Positions 1 to 10,506 of a stretch of 32,000 nt of DNA are shown piece by piece. Every line of letters starts with the position of its first letter. Position 1 is the stretch's first letter. Below the pieces are notes generated by a model. It saw only the letters and a program-made list of their open reading frames with translations, was not told the origin of the DNA and searched no databases. Source of the stretch: Wolbachia endosymbiont of Onchocerca ochengi (GTDB taxonomy: Bacteria > Pseudomonadota > Alphaproteobacteria > Rickettsiales > Anaplasmataceae). A program made the position numbers and the translations under genes. The DNA lies in NCBI RefSeq assembly GCF_000306885.1, contig NC_018267.1, positions 450,001 to 482,000 on the forward strand. Reading direction: 5' to 3'.

Positions 1-329
1 TACCGTTAGAAAACGCTGCATTTGGCATTGTGGGCCTTGAAACAATTCTTCCCCTTTCACTTGAACTTTATCACAGTGGGCAAATGAGTTTGTTTGATGT
101 ATTAGCAAAGCTTACATATAAGCCTGCGGATATAATACATGTACCACGCGGTCGTATACAAAAGAACCTCGCTGCAGACTTAATTTTAGTTGACCTGAAT
201 CACGAATGGGAAATTAAGATTGATAGTTTTGCTAGTAAATCAAAAAATTCTCCTTTTGATAAACGCAAGGTAAAAGGGTACACAGTGCGCACTATTGTAT
301 CCGGTAAAACCGTATATTCACATGAATGA
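1..329 (+). CDS. pyrC: Dihydroorotase, C-terminal part (5'-truncated by window edge)
   Basis: The frame is open from position 3, upstream of the GTG at 30: PLENAAFGIVGLETILPLSLEL...LTYKPADII...AADLILVDLNHEW...SPFDKRKVKGYTVRTIVSGKTVYSHE. This is the characteristic dihydroorotase C-terminus. Confidence 0.88.
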   Translation, partial: PLENAAFGIVGLETILPLSLELYHSGQMSLFDVLAKLTYKPADIIHVPRGRIQKNLAADLILVDLNHEWEIKIDSFASKSKNSPFDKRKVKGYTVRTIVSGKTVYSHE

Positions 330-513
330 TTCTTTTCACAGAAAGCTTACTCATATAGCTATATAAAATTTTCATTTTTATGTTAATTTATAACTTTTTT
401 GAGCTTGATAATTTTATTGTGAGTATTAAATGCTGTGTAAAAACACTGACTCTTTTCACTATATTTGATTAATTCTAAGGATTCCGTATACTTTCTTTCC
501 ATAGTTTTTGCTA

Positions 514-1845
514 CTACTTATCCTTTACTTTTTTTAATCTTGCAACGATCCTTTTTCTACCAATAAAAACTAACAACTTAGCAAGTTCAGGACCTGTTTT
601 TGTGCCTGTTAAAGCTAAACGAAGCTGCATAAATAAGTCTTTTGTTTTTGTATCCACTACCTTTCGAATAGCTTTAACCCATTCTGATAATGTGTTTTCA
701 TTACAATCACCTTGCGGCAATACATTGAGCGCAATTTTTATAGTCTCCTTATCAAAAATCACAGGTTCTATATCGGATTTGCATATTTGCCACCACTTTG
801 CTACCTCCGAAAACTTTTCTATATTGCTTCTTATAAAATACCAAAACTCCGAAGAGTTTACTCTGATTTGATTTAGACGCTCTTTCACCGCTTTAAATGG
901 CATCTGCTGCAGAGCTTTACTATTTAGCTTATATACTTCACTCAGACTAAATCGGGTAGATGCTGAGCTAAATTTTTTAATGTCAAATGAGTCAATCAAA
1001 GATTGCATATCAACATGAGCCTTAATAGGATCTGATGTTCCAAGCTTTGCTAAATAGCTAACGAGCGTAATTGGTTCAATTTCATTTTTTTTGATAAGTC
1101 TGATGTCCAATCCACCTTTTCGCTTTGATATCTTGCTATCATTGAAATGTAGCAGAGAAAGGTGAGCAAACGTTGGAGCTTTTGTTTTTAATGCTAGTAT
1201 TATTTGTATTTGCGCTACAGTGTTAGGTATATGATCTTCCCCACGTATGATATGGGTTATATTAAAATCAATATCATCGATGACAGAGGGTAGCATATAT
1301 GTATAAATTCCGTCTTCTCTTCTTACTATAGGATCACTGATGTGACTAGTTGCAATATTTATTTTACCTTTAATTTCATCGTCCCATTTAACGATTTCAT
1401 TTCTATCCAACTTAAATCTAAAATATGGTTTTCGTCCTTCTTGCTCATAACTAGCTTTCTCCTGCTTAGTTAGAAATAGTGCACTTCTATCGTAAATGGG
1501 AGGAAGTCCACGTTTTAGTTGCAGTTTGCGTTTAATATCTAGCTCCTTTCTTGTTTCATAGCATGTATAAATATGCCCTTCTTTTACTAACTGCAAAAAC
1601 ACCTCGTTGTAGCGCTCAAAGCGCTCTGATTGCTTAAAATTTAAATCCCAATCTATATTAACCCATTGCAAGTCTTGTATGATGCTATTTATATACTTGA
1701 TATCTGAACGCTGGAAGTCAGTATCGTCAAAACGAAGCAGAAATTTTCCGTTTTGACTGCGTGTATACATCCAGCAGATAAGTGCGGTGCGAATATTCCC
1801 TACATGAAGATAGCCAGTTGGGCTTGGGGCGAATCTTGTTAGCAT
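514..1845 (-). CDS. gltX: Glutamate--tRNA ligase (class I aaRS, GltX family)
   Basis: 443 aa. [19 protein letters not shown] (HIGH region), [11 protein letters not shown], and SKISKRKGG (KMSKS-equivalent) are all present. Confidence 0.95.
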   Translation of the reverse strand: MLTRFAPSPTGYLHVGNIRTALICWMYTRSQNGKFLLRFDDTDFQRSDIKYINSIIQDLQWVNIDWDLNFKQSERFERYNEVFLQLVKEGHIYTCYETRKELDIKRKLQLKRGLPPIYDRSALFLTKQEKASYEQEGRKPYFRFKLDRNEIVKWDDEIKGKINIATSHISDPIVRREDGIYTYMLPSVIDDIDFNITHIIRGEDHIPNTVAQIQIILALKTKAPTFAHLSLLHFNDSKISKRKGGLDIRLIKKNEIEPITLVSYLAKLGTSDPIKAHVDMQSLIDSFDIKKFSSASTRFSLSEVYKLNSKALQQMPFKAVKERLNQIRVNSSEFWYFIRSNIEKFSEVAKWWQICKSDIEPVIFDKETIKIALNVLPQGDCNENTLSEWVKAIRKVVDTKTKDLFMQLRLALTGTKTGPELAKLLVFIGRKRIVARLKKVKDK

Positions 1846-2630
1846 TTATGTCTCTAGCTTCTTTTAATTTTATATAAATATGCAACTAAAGCAAGAAAAG
1901 CAATTTAAGTTTGTGTAAATACTTTGTTTACTAAAAGAGTTTAAGTAGCTAATAGAGATACGAAGCAAAACTATTTAACAGACTTTGCCAGTCTTCTTAT
2001 TGTGATAGTGAAGGTATTTCAATTATCTTTAACTTGTACAAGGTAAGTGATGGAAATATTACGTAGCTTGTGTCTTACGTTTAACTTTTTGTACTATATG
2101 TGCTTTATATCTTTATAAATTTTACCTAAATTTCTAGTTTTTGTCTATGCAGGCTGGGAATGTACTTATAAAGTGTTTAAGACTTTTCAAAAACGCCTAT
2201 GCTAAAAATAGATAGTTCTAAAGTTTCTCTTGTCTTTTTTTACTTAGTAGATTTCTTAGATATTAAGGCAATTCGTGTGCGGCCATTTGTTTTTACAATA
2301 AATGGTGTTATTTCAGCACGTGACGGTAAAATCTGTATTTCTTTTTTCTGAATTTTAGTGTTGAGCTACTTAAATAGTAACTATAAATTCTGTTATCTAA
2401 ATACTTGACAAGTAACCTAGTTTTTAGTATAATTTTACTTATATGAAGGTTGTAGTGGAAATGATGTTGTGTGAGTATCAATATTGAAGTTGAGTTTTCA
2501 TTGTGTAACTGCTTGTTAAATCTCTAGCGTTAGTTGCTTAGTGGTGGCTTTTTATGATGCCTTAAATAGCAGTGCTTACACGGTTGCACTTCATATATCA
2601 GAGTATGTGCCAACTTGCAAGAAGTGTGAG

Positions 2631-3959
2631 ATGAAAGGTTTGTATATCAAGACTTACGGCTGTCAGATGAATATTTATGACTCCGTTTTAATGGAAAATA
2701 TGATTAAGCCTTTGGGGTTCAACGTTGTTAGCGATGTAGGAAAAGCTGATTTGGTAATACTAAATACTTGTTACATTAGAGAAAAAGCGGTAGAAAAGCT
2801 TTATTCAGAGCTTGGGAAGATTTATTTATCGCGAAAGAATAAGGAAGTTATTATAGTAGTAGCTGGATGTGTAGCACAAGCAGAAGGAAAAGAAGTGTTC
2901 AGGAGAGCTCCGTTCGTGTATGCTGTTGTTGGTCCACAGAGTATTGCTACCTTACCAGAGCTGATAGTTAAGGCAAGTAGAGATAAAAACCATGTAGTAA
3001 ACACTGATTTTCCTGAAATTGCAAAATTTGATAAATTGCCAGGTGAATGCTATGGTAATAGCCAAGGATCTTCCGCATTTCTTTCCATACAAGAGGGTTG
3101 TGATAAGTTTTGTACGTTTTGTGTAGTACCTTATACTCGTGGGGTTGAATATTCACGACCAGCGAATGAAATATTTCGTGAAGCGCTGAAATTAGTTGCA
3201 AATGGAACGAAGGAAATCAATTTGCTCGGTCAAAATGTTAATGCTTATCGTGGAGAATTCGAAGGGGATGTGTGGGATTTAGGGAAATTGATTAGTCGTA
3301 TCGCCAAGATTGAAAAGCTAGAAAGAATCCGCTATACGACTTCTCACCCAAGAGATGTGCATGAATCCCTTTACTTGGCGCATGCAGAAGAACCAAAACT
3401 CATGCCATTTATTCACCTGCCTGTGCAGTCAGGTTCAAATAAAATATTGCGTGCAATGAATAGGAAGTATACTGTAGAGGAGTATTTAGAAATAATAAAT
3501 AGGTTTCGCAAATTGAAACCTGAAATTGAATTTTCTTCTGATTTTATTATTGGTTTTCCTGGAGAGACTGAGAGAGATTTTGAGGAAACTATAAAGTTAG
3601 TGGAAAAAGTAGGGTATGCTCAAGCTTATAGCTTTAAATATAGTCCAAGACCAGGTACGCCAGGAGCAGAAAAGGAAGATCAAGTGCCAGAAGAAGTTAA
3701 AACAGAACGTCTTCTTTGTTTACGGAAGTTAATTAATAAGCAACAGCTTGAGTTTAACCAGAGCATGGTAGGTAAAGCTATACCTGTTTTATTTAGTGAT
3801 AAAAAAGGTAAACACCAAAACCAAATTATTGGTAAAAGCCCATATATGCAATCAGTGTGTGTGAGTGATCCTGAAGGTAAATATAGAGATAAAATAGTAA
3901 ATGTGAAAGTACTAGAAGCTTGGCAGAATAGTTTATTAGGAATAAGTTTTAATGATTAG
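2631..3959 (+). CDS. miaB: tRNA-2-methylthio-N6-dimethylallyladenosine synthase MiaB
   Basis: MKGLYIKTYGCQMNIYDS start, radical-SAM motif IQEGCDKFCTFCVVPYTRG, LGQNVNAY and FIIGFPGETE. The ORF extends back to 2541, but the ATG at 2631 gives the canonical N-terminus. Confidence 0.95.
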   Translation: MKGLYIKTYGCQMNIYDSVLMENMIKPLGFNVVSDVGKADLVILNTCYIREKAVEKLYSELGKIYLSRKNKEVIIVVAGCVAQAEGKEVFRRAPFVYAVVGPQSIATLPELIVKASRDKNHVVNTDFPEIAKFDKLPGECYGNSQGSSAFLSIQEGCDKFCTFCVVPYTRGVEYSRPANEIFREALKLVANGTKEINLLGQNVNAYRGEFEGDVWDLGKLISRIAKIEKLERIRYTTSHPRDVHESLYLAHAEEPKLMPFIHLPVQSGSNKILRAMNRKYTVEEYLEIINRFRKLKPEIEFSSDFIIGFPGETERDFEETIKLVEKVGYAQAYSFKYSPRPGTPGAEKEDQVPEEVKTERLLCLRKLINKQQLEFNQSMVGKAIPVLFSDKKGKHQNQIIGKSPYMQSVCVSDPEGKYRDKIVNVKVLEAWQNSLLGISFND

Positions 3960-4002
3960 CTCTATTAGCCATTTGTTGGAAAATTATCCTTTTGCTTGAA
4001 GT

Positions 4003-4038
4003 AAAGTACTGCTCTAAAATAAGAGAGGTACTTTTTTT
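4003..4038 (+). terminator. Rho-independent terminator-like hairpin downstream of miaB
   Basis: AAAGTAC-TGCTCT-aaaata-AGAGAG-GTACTTTTTTT: 7-bp outer stem, further CTCT/AGAG pairing, then a T-run. Confidence 0.75.
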
Positions 4039-4435
4039 CGTTTACCTCTAGTCAATTATTTTTGGATACTATAGTAATTGTAATTCTTTGTTATGCCAAT
4101 ATATGAAGCTTCGTATAGGGTACTTTTAGGTTATCATTAATTTTTTTCTTTTGCGTTTATGATATGTTGCCTGGATTTCTCTGGAATTGTTGTTCTCATA
4201 AAAATGTAAATTATGAGTTGGATTTTTCGTGCCGATGCTTTTATTAGCATTATGAAATCCCTGATAAGATTGTCTTTTTGTTATTACTTTTAGGCATAGT
4301 TATTTTCTTAAATATATTTGGTATATTAATATTTATCAATAAATTAACTCTTATAGAGATATGATTTACATTTTTTTGGATTTGTAATTTTTTGCAAAGC
4401 TCTATACTCTTTAAGCTTTATTCGGTAAAGCGAGC

Positions 4436-7400
4436 ATGAAGCATTATCCTGGTACAACTAGTAGTCCTAATTTTTCTTTATTAGAAAACGCAATCATAAA
4501 ATTTTGGCAGGAGAACAAAATTTTTGAGAGATCGGTTGAAGAACGTTCTAAAGATAATTGTTTTGTTTTTTATGATGGACCTCCATTTGCAAATGGGCTC
4601 CCTCATTATGGACATTTACTTACTGGTTTTATAAAGGATGCATTTGCAAAATATCAAACTATGCTACAAAAGAGAGTTGAACGTAGATTTGGTTGGGATT
4701 GCCATGGGCTACCAGCTGAGATGGGTGCAGAAAAGGAACTTGGAATATCCGGCAGAACTGAAGTGGAAAAATTCGGTATTGAGAAATTCAATAACTATTG
4801 TCGTGCTTCTGTGATGAAATTTTCCTTAAAATGGAAGAAGTATATAAATAGGCAAGCAAGGTGGGTAGATTTTTATAATGGCTATAAAACCATGGATAAA
4901 TCGTTTATGGAGTCAGTTATGTGGGCGTTTAAGCAGCTTTATGATAGAGGTTTAGTGTATGAATCAGTACGCGTTGTTCCATATAGCTGGGCATGTGAAA
5001 CTCCATTATCTAATTTTGAAACAAGACTTGATAACTCTTACAAAGAAAGGACTAGCAAGGCTGTCACTGTTGCATTTGAGCTTTTGGAGAATCCACAGCA
5101 ATTGAAGCAAAAATGTAAGTTGCTTGCTTGGACTACAACCCCTTGGACGTTACCAAGTAACTTAGCTTTAGCAATAGGGAAAGATATTGAATATTGTGCG
5201 GTATTAGTTCGTTCCTTAGTGTCATTCCAGGATGTGACACTGGAATCTACTTCTGAATTTCAGTGTCGAGGTGCTAAGACTATGGAAGACACTGGAATGA
5301 CAATGGAGAGTAATAAAGGAAATTTAGTGAGTGATGAGATATATATCTTTGCTAAAAGCTACTTAGAAAGATTTATCGATTACTGTGAAAAAAATAATAT
5401 TACATATAAAGACTGTAATATAAGGCTTAAAGCAAATGATCTTGTAGGTCTTTCTTATAAACCACTGTTTGATTACTTTAAGGGTACAAGAAATGCGTTT
5501 CGCATTTTTATTGCTGATTATGTTATAGGAGGAGATGGTACTGGTGTTGTGCACACTGCTCCTGGATTTGGTGAAGAAGACTTTTACCTTTGCCATGGTC
5601 ATAATATTCCAGCCGTTTGTCCAATTGATGATAGTGGTAAATTTACTGTTGAAGTTCCAGATTTAGCTGGAGTTCATGTTTTTGATGCCAGCGATATGGT
5701 AATAAGGAAATTGAAGAAACAAGGAAACTGGTTCAAAACTGAGCAATATATTCACAATTATCCACACTGCTGGAGAACTGATACTCCTTTAATCTATCGT
5801 GCTATGCCCTCTTGGTATATTGCTGTGACAAAGTTTAAGAGGAGGATGATGGAGCTAAACAAAAGAGTTAATTGGATACCAAATCATATAAGAGATGGTC
5901 AATTTGGAAAATGGCTTGAAGGAGCACATGATTGGTCAATTTCACGTAATCGGTTTTGGGGTACACCAATTCCTGTATGGAAATCGGATGATGCAAGGTA
6001 TCCAAGAGTGGATGTGTATGGTTCAATAGCAGAACTGGAGCGAGATTTTAATGTTAAAATAGATGATTTGCACAGACCATTTATCGATTCTTTAACAAGA
6101 CCAAATCCTGATGATCCAACGAAAAAATCAGTTATGCGCCGTATATCCGACGTGTTTGACTGCTGGTTTGAGTCTGGCTCAATGCCGTTTGCACAAGTCC
6201 ACTATCCGTTTGAAAATAAGAAATGGTTTAGAGATAATTTCCCTGCAGATTTTATAACTGAATATATAGCGCAAACAAGAGGGTGGTTCTATACGCTTTT
6301 TGTGTTATCCACTGCTTTGTTTGACAGTGAACCATTTAAGAATTGCATATGTCACGGTGTAGTTCTGGATATAAAAGGACAGAAATTATCTAAGCGTTTA
6401 AATAATTATGTAGACCCAATGGAGGTTTTTGATAGGTATGGTTCTGATGCGCTGCGCTTTCTTATGCTGTCTAATTCCATTGTCTGTGGTGGTGATTTAC
6501 TACTTGATAAAGAAGGAAACTTGATACGAGATGTCTTAAGGAACGTGATAAAACCTATTTGGAGTAGTTATCACTTCTTTACTATGTATGCGAATGCAGA
6601 TGAAATTAAAGCTGAAGTTTGTAAAGATTATCAAAGTACTATCGATTGTTACATGATCTCTAAGTGTTTTGAAGCTATAGAAAGCATCCAAATTTCTATG
6701 AACAACTATAATTCTCAAGGAGCTTGCAAAGTTCTGATAGATTTTTTTGAAGTGCTAAATAACTGGTATATTCGTCGCAATCGTAGGCGTTTTTGGAAAA
6801 GTGGTCTAGACCAGAACAAAATTGATGCTTATAATGTCTTATATACAGTTTTTTATTATATATTAAAAGCCGCGGCTCCTTTATTGCCGTTTATAACAGA
6901 GACTATATGGCAGGGGCTTAAGTATGAAGAAACATCTGTTCATTTAGCTGATTTTCCACAGTTAGAAAAGTATGATAGTGAGTTTATTATCAAAATGGAT
7001 TTGGTAAGAGAGGTGTGCAATGCTGCACTTTCTATCAGAAATACTTTTAATATGCGTATCAGGCAACCACTTAGCAGCATGACAATTTATCATCAATTTT
7101 TTTGTGGTTTTTTTGAAGATAATTATCAGGAGATGATAAAGGATGAGGTGAATATAAAAAGCTTAGAATTAGTAAACAGGCTTGAAGATATTGCATCATT
7201 AGAGTTAAAACTAAATTTCCCACTACTTGGAAAGAAGATCCCAAACAAAATCAAGAAGCTAGTTCAATATGTTAAAGAGGGGAAATGGAGGCAGATTGAA
7301 GATGAACAAGTATTTTTAGGGGATAAGTTAGAAAACTATGTTATAGGAAAAGGTGAGTATGAACTATTACTAAAAGTAAATAGAAAATATTCTGCTGTAT

Positions 7401-7711
7401 TTGATAACAACAAAGGGGTTGTTGTCTTAAACACTGAACTAAATGATGAATTAATTCTAGAAGGACTTGCGAGAGATGTAGTGAGGCTTATTCAGGAAAC
7501 TAGAAAACAAGCTGGTTTTCATATATCCGATAGAATTAGAGTAATAGTCAAAACAAAGGATGAGGGAATTAAAAAAGCGGTGGATACATGGAGTGGGTAT
7601 ATAAAAGAGCAAACTCTTGCCTCATCTTTAGAGGTTAGTGTAGAAATAGAAGCCGATTTCTATTTTAAGGAATATCAAAATTTAATAATTGGTGTCAGAT
7701 TAAATTATTAA
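4436..7711 (+). CDS. ileS: Isoleucine--tRNA ligase
   Basis: 1091 aa. PPFANGLPHYGHLLTG (HIGH variant), GWDCHGLP, AWTTTPWTLPSNLALAIG, RYWG-type motif NRFWGTPIPVW, and GQKLSKRLNNY (KMSKS variant). Confidence 0.97.
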   Translation: MKHYPGTTSSPNFSLLENAIIKFWQENKIFERSVEERSKDNCFVFYDGPPFANGLPHYGHLLTGFIKDAFAKYQTMLQKRVERRFGWDCHGLPAEMGAEKELGISGRTEVEKFGIEKFNNYCRASVMKFSLKWKKYINRQARWVDFYNGYKTMDKSFMESVMWAFKQLYDRGLVYESVRVVPYSWACETPLSNFETRLDNSYKERTSKAVTVAFELLENPQQLKQKCKLLAWTTTPWTLPSNLALAIGKDIEYCAVLVRSLVSFQDVTLESTSEFQCRGAKTMEDTGMTMESNKGNLVSDEIYIFAKSYLERFIDYCEKNNITYKDCNIRLKANDLVGLSYKPLFDYFKGTRNAFRIFIADYVIGGDGTGVVHTAPGFGEEDFYLCHGHNIPAVCPIDDSGKFTVEVPDLAGVHVFDASDMVIRKLKKQGNWFKTEQYIHNYPHCWRTDTPLIYRAMPSWYIAVTKFKRRMMELNKRVNWIPNHIRDGQFGKWLEGAHDWSISRNRFWGTPIPVWKSDDARYPRVDVYGSIAELERDFNVKIDDLHRPFIDSLTRPNPDDPTKKSVMRRISDVFDCWFESGSMPFAQVHYPFENKKWFRDNFPADFITEYIAQTRGWFYTLFVLSTALFDSEPFKNCICHGVVLDIKGQKLSKRLNNYVDPMEVFDRYGSDALRFLMLSNSIVCGGDLLLDKEGNLIRDVLRNVIKPIWSSYHFFTMYANADEIKAEVCKDYQSTIDCYMISKCFEAIESIQISMNNYNSQGACKVLIDFFEVLNNWYIRRNRRRFWKSGLDQNKIDAYNVLYTVFYYILKAAAPLLPFITETIWQGLKYEETSVHLADFPQLEKYDSEFIIKMDLVREVCNAALSIRNTFNMRIRQPLSSMTIYHQFFCGFFEDNYQEMIKDEVNIKSLELVNRLEDIASLELKLNFPLLGKKIPNKIKKLVQYVKEGKWRQIEDEQVFLGDKLENYVIGKGEYELLLKVNRKYSAVFDNNKGVVVLNTELNDELILEGLARDVVRLIQETRKQAGFHISDRIRVIVKTKDEGIKKAVDTWSGYIKEQTLASSLEVSVEIEADFYFKEYQNLIIGVRLNY
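5221..5301 (+). repeat. Short in-frame palindromic element within ileS
   Basis: The 81-nt segment begins GTCATTCCAG (5221-5230) and ends with its reverse complement CTGGAATGAC (5292-5301). Internal inverted repeats are ATTCCAG/CTGGAAT (5224-5230/5240-5246) and CAGTGTC/GACACTG (5261-5267/5288-5294). Its length is a multiple of 3. Confidence 0.75.
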
Positions 7712-7770
7712 GTAGTTGAAAATTATCATTATTTATGCAACACTTAAGTTGCTTCAAATGAGGTTACGGT

Positions 7771-10506
7771 ATGAATATAGCTGTTAAAGTTGATAACTTA
7801 AATGACTATAATGGGGGTAGTTTAGATAAAAAAGAGTCTGTTGTTACTTTAGGAGAGCAGGATAATTTGAAGAAGAAGGATAATGTTGTTGATTTTAGTA
7901 TCCCGCTGAGTATATTTCATTATAAAGGTTATAACTCTGATTTTTTTACTTCCTGGTATAATGTATCAAGTGAAATATTCAAAGAAATAAGTAGTGCTTG
8001 CCCAGAAAAACGAATATTAAATTTAGCTTTGTCGGTTTTGATGCTTCCTTATGTTGCTTCTGTTGCATTAGTATTGGTCATGTATAACAGATTCAAGGTA
8101 GACGATAAAACACAGATCAGTTTTAGGAAGAATAAAACAAAAAAAAGTGAAATAGGTAAAAGTGTACCAAAGAGATTGGCATATGGTGTTCTTATTATGA
8201 TAGTGATTCTTGTTAATATGGCTGCGCTTATGGCATTAATTATTCCTGCAATGTTCGCTTTAGCGACTTTTTATTTTTTAAATAGAGAATTATCTCATTC
8301 TTTGATTGCTGCTTTTAGAATAAGAATTGGGTTGTATCATAATAAGCACCGAAATATTAGAGTATCTTTTCATGAAACAAATCATGAGATAGAAGTTTTT
8401 AATCCGAACATTGCGTGGAATGTGGAGATTAAGTTCCCACCACAATTTGAACAGTTGCTTAAAGATTTATATGAAGATGAAAATAGTAATCTGTTTGTTA
8501 CACAAGATGCAGAGCATAGTACTATACTGAAGCTGTCAGCCAATGTCCACTTAAAAAATGGTCTTGTGCGTTTGTATAGTGAGATTAGGAATGTGGTTGC
8601 GAAGTCAATTCAAGAATTTGCAAAGAATATTGAAAAACTGGTAAAACTGGAAAAAAAGGATATTACATATGATAAGCTAAGAAAGTTGTTGAATGAGTTC
8701 AGATTGAAGGTGGTGGATAGTGTAGATTTTAAGTTGACAAGTTACTTAATACAGGATGCTTATAAAGTTGCCTTTATACAGGCAATCAAAATCGCACAAA
8801 GGGAAAGAGAAAAAAGAGGAGGGTTAAATATAGAAGAAAGACTGAGAGAAATATTAGTAGAACAGGAATTGAAGAGTCAAGGTAAGGAGTTACCGACTGA
8901 GAAAGAGATGATAATAAAGGATTTAAAAATATCAAATAACTTAAGAAATGGTGCACTTCCTTTGTTTAGAGCAAAGTGGAAACAGCGTGTGGCTGGTGGG
9001 ATAATTGGTGTTTATAGTGAGATATATCCTCAGGAAACAAAAAAAGCTGTCTCTAAGGCTGGAAATTTGATTGCAGGGTTGAAAGAAAAAGGAGAACGAA
9101 AGTATTATGAGATAAAAGAGGAATTAAAGATGATGTACCCAAAGATATATAAAGCCTTGAGAAAGAATAGTAATTCAGTAAGCAATAACCTAAGAAAAAG
9201 ACTTGAGGATATTTTTAAATTTGAACTTACTAATCAATACGTTTATCGAGAATTAATAAAATCGAAAATAAGAAAAGCTGAAGTTATATTAAATCAATCA
9301 GATTTAACGATTGATGTAAAGCAGGGTCTACTTAGTGAATTCTGTGACTTGAATATAAATATGTGTTCTTATCACAAAGTAAACCTTTTGGTAGAGAAAA
9401 TGTATTCAGAAATAGCGAAATGTAAAACTCAAAGTTTATTTCAAGAGCAAGGGAAGAGTATAAGGGACATAGAAGATAATACTGGCGCATTCATGCTATT
9501 TGATGAAAAAGATGAAGAACTTTTAGTGAATAGGATAGTTTCTTATCGAGAAGAGATAGGAAAATATTTAACGCAACCTGTAGAATTGAAGAAAGTGATA
9601 GAAAAGCAGAATAAGAGTTTGGGTAGTGAGAAAAATAGTAAAGAGAAGGAATCTTTAAGTATAGAGTTAGTGGAGTTATGCTTGAAAAATAATCAAGAAA
9701 TTCTAGAAACATTAGAACGATTAGGATTAGAGAAAGAGGGGTTATTGATAAATGAGAAAACAGAAAACGATTACAGGGAAGAACTAACGTCTCGCGAAAA
9801 AATAAGATTTGCAGTAATAGAAGACGATTTGTTTAAGGTATGTAAGCAAGAGGCTTTTAATGAAGAGGAAATCAAGAAGTTATTAGAAAGAGCAGAACTT
9901 GAATGCTGTTTGGCAGAAAAATGTATCAAGTATCCTGTGATTAAAACAAAAGATAATATCAAACATTTTTGTCAGGCTTTATTGTCTCCTTTGATAGGTA
10001 TTTTAATGGAAAGTATAGTAAATAATGTACCAAAAAATATATCGAAAGATTATAAAAATAATTTGTTAGATCAGGGTTGGAGTTGGGTATATAGAAAGGT
10101 GATAAAACCTGCACAGATTGCTTTGAATTATAATAAGCTTGGGTTATCAGCTATCGGAGATAAAAATAGTGTAGAAGGAAAAGCGTTAGATTCGGCACAT
10201 AGTACTTATAAGGAGGTGGAGACATTGCTTCAATATTTTGAATCAAGTTATGAGAAAGTAGGAGCTTTATTAGGTAATGTATTTTCTGATGATGGAGAGA
10301 CCTTTAAAAAAAACATATGGCCTCAAATAAAAGAGCATTTATGTAGTATGTGGAATAGATTTTTTAAGGATATTGAGTTTACACTGATTAATGAAGGTAA
10401 GAACATCTATCGAGAAGCAGAAGAGACGGTAAAAACTAAGTTGAGTGAACTTTGTAACATAGGAGTACAACAACAAGCTCTACCATATAATACACTATCT
10501 TGCTAA
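7771..10506 (+). CDS. Hypothetical 911-aa protein with N-proximal hydrophobic segments and a long charged helical region
   Basis: Long uninterrupted ORF. Hydrophobic segments at about residues 83-105 ([23 protein letters not shown]) and 137-170 ([35 protein letters not shown]), followed by about 740 Lys/Glu-rich residues. I recognise no family. Confidence 0.85.
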   Translation: MNIAVKVDNLNDYNGGSLDKKESVVTLGEQDNLKKKDNVVDFSIPLSIFHYKGYNSDFFTSWYNVSSEIFKEISSACPEKRILNLALSVLMLPYVASVALVLVMYNRFKVDDKTQISFRKNKTKKSEIGKSVPKRLAYGVLIMIVILVNMAALMALIIPAMFALATFYFLNRELSHSLIAAFRIRIGLYHNKHRNIRVSFHETNHEIEVFNPNIAWNVEIKFPPQFEQLLKDLYEDENSNLFVTQDAEHSTILKLSANVHLKNGLVRLYSEIRNVVAKSIQEFAKNIEKLVKLEKKDITYDKLRKLLNEFRLKVVDSVDFKLTSYLIQDAYKVAFIQAIKIAQREREKRGGLNIEERLREILVEQELKSQGKELPTEKEMIIKDLKISNNLRNGALPLFRAKWKQRVAGGIIGVYSEIYPQETKKAVSKAGNLIAGLKEKGERKYYEIKEELKMMYPKIYKALRKNSNSVSNNLRKRLEDIFKFELTNQYVYRELIKSKIRKAEVILNQSDLTIDVKQGLLSEFCDLNINMCSYHKVNLLVEKMYSEIAKCKTQSLFQEQGKSIRDIEDNTGAFMLFDEKDEELLVNRIVSYREEIGKYLTQPVELKKVIEKQNKSLGSEKNSKEKESLSIELVELCLKNNQEILETLERLGLEKEGLLINEKTENDYREELTSREKIRFAVIEDDLFKVCKQEAFNEEEIKKLLERAELECCLAEKCIKYPVIKTKDNIKHFCQALLSPLIGILMESIVNNVPKNISKDYKNNLLDQGWSWVYRKVIKPAQIALNYNKLGLSAIGDKNSVEGKALDSAHSTYKEVETLLQYFESSYEKVGALLGNVFSDDGETFKKNIWPQIKEHLCSMWNRFFKDIEFTLINEGKNIYREAEETVKTKLSELCNIGVQQQALPYNTLSC

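Noticed and set aside
602-871. 89-aa + ORF
   Set aside because: Lies entirely antisense to gltX, with no recognisable protein features.
2822-3201. 60-aa and 77-aa minus ORFs
   Set aside because: Antisense to the strongly supported miaB, and low-quality sequence.
5363-6718. 79-aa and 60-aa minus ORFs
   Set aside because: Antisense to ileS; chance ORFs in AT-rich coding sequence.
9491-9962. 73-aa and 63-aa minus ORFs
   Set aside because: Antisense to the 911-aa ORF, which is far longer and has coherent composition.
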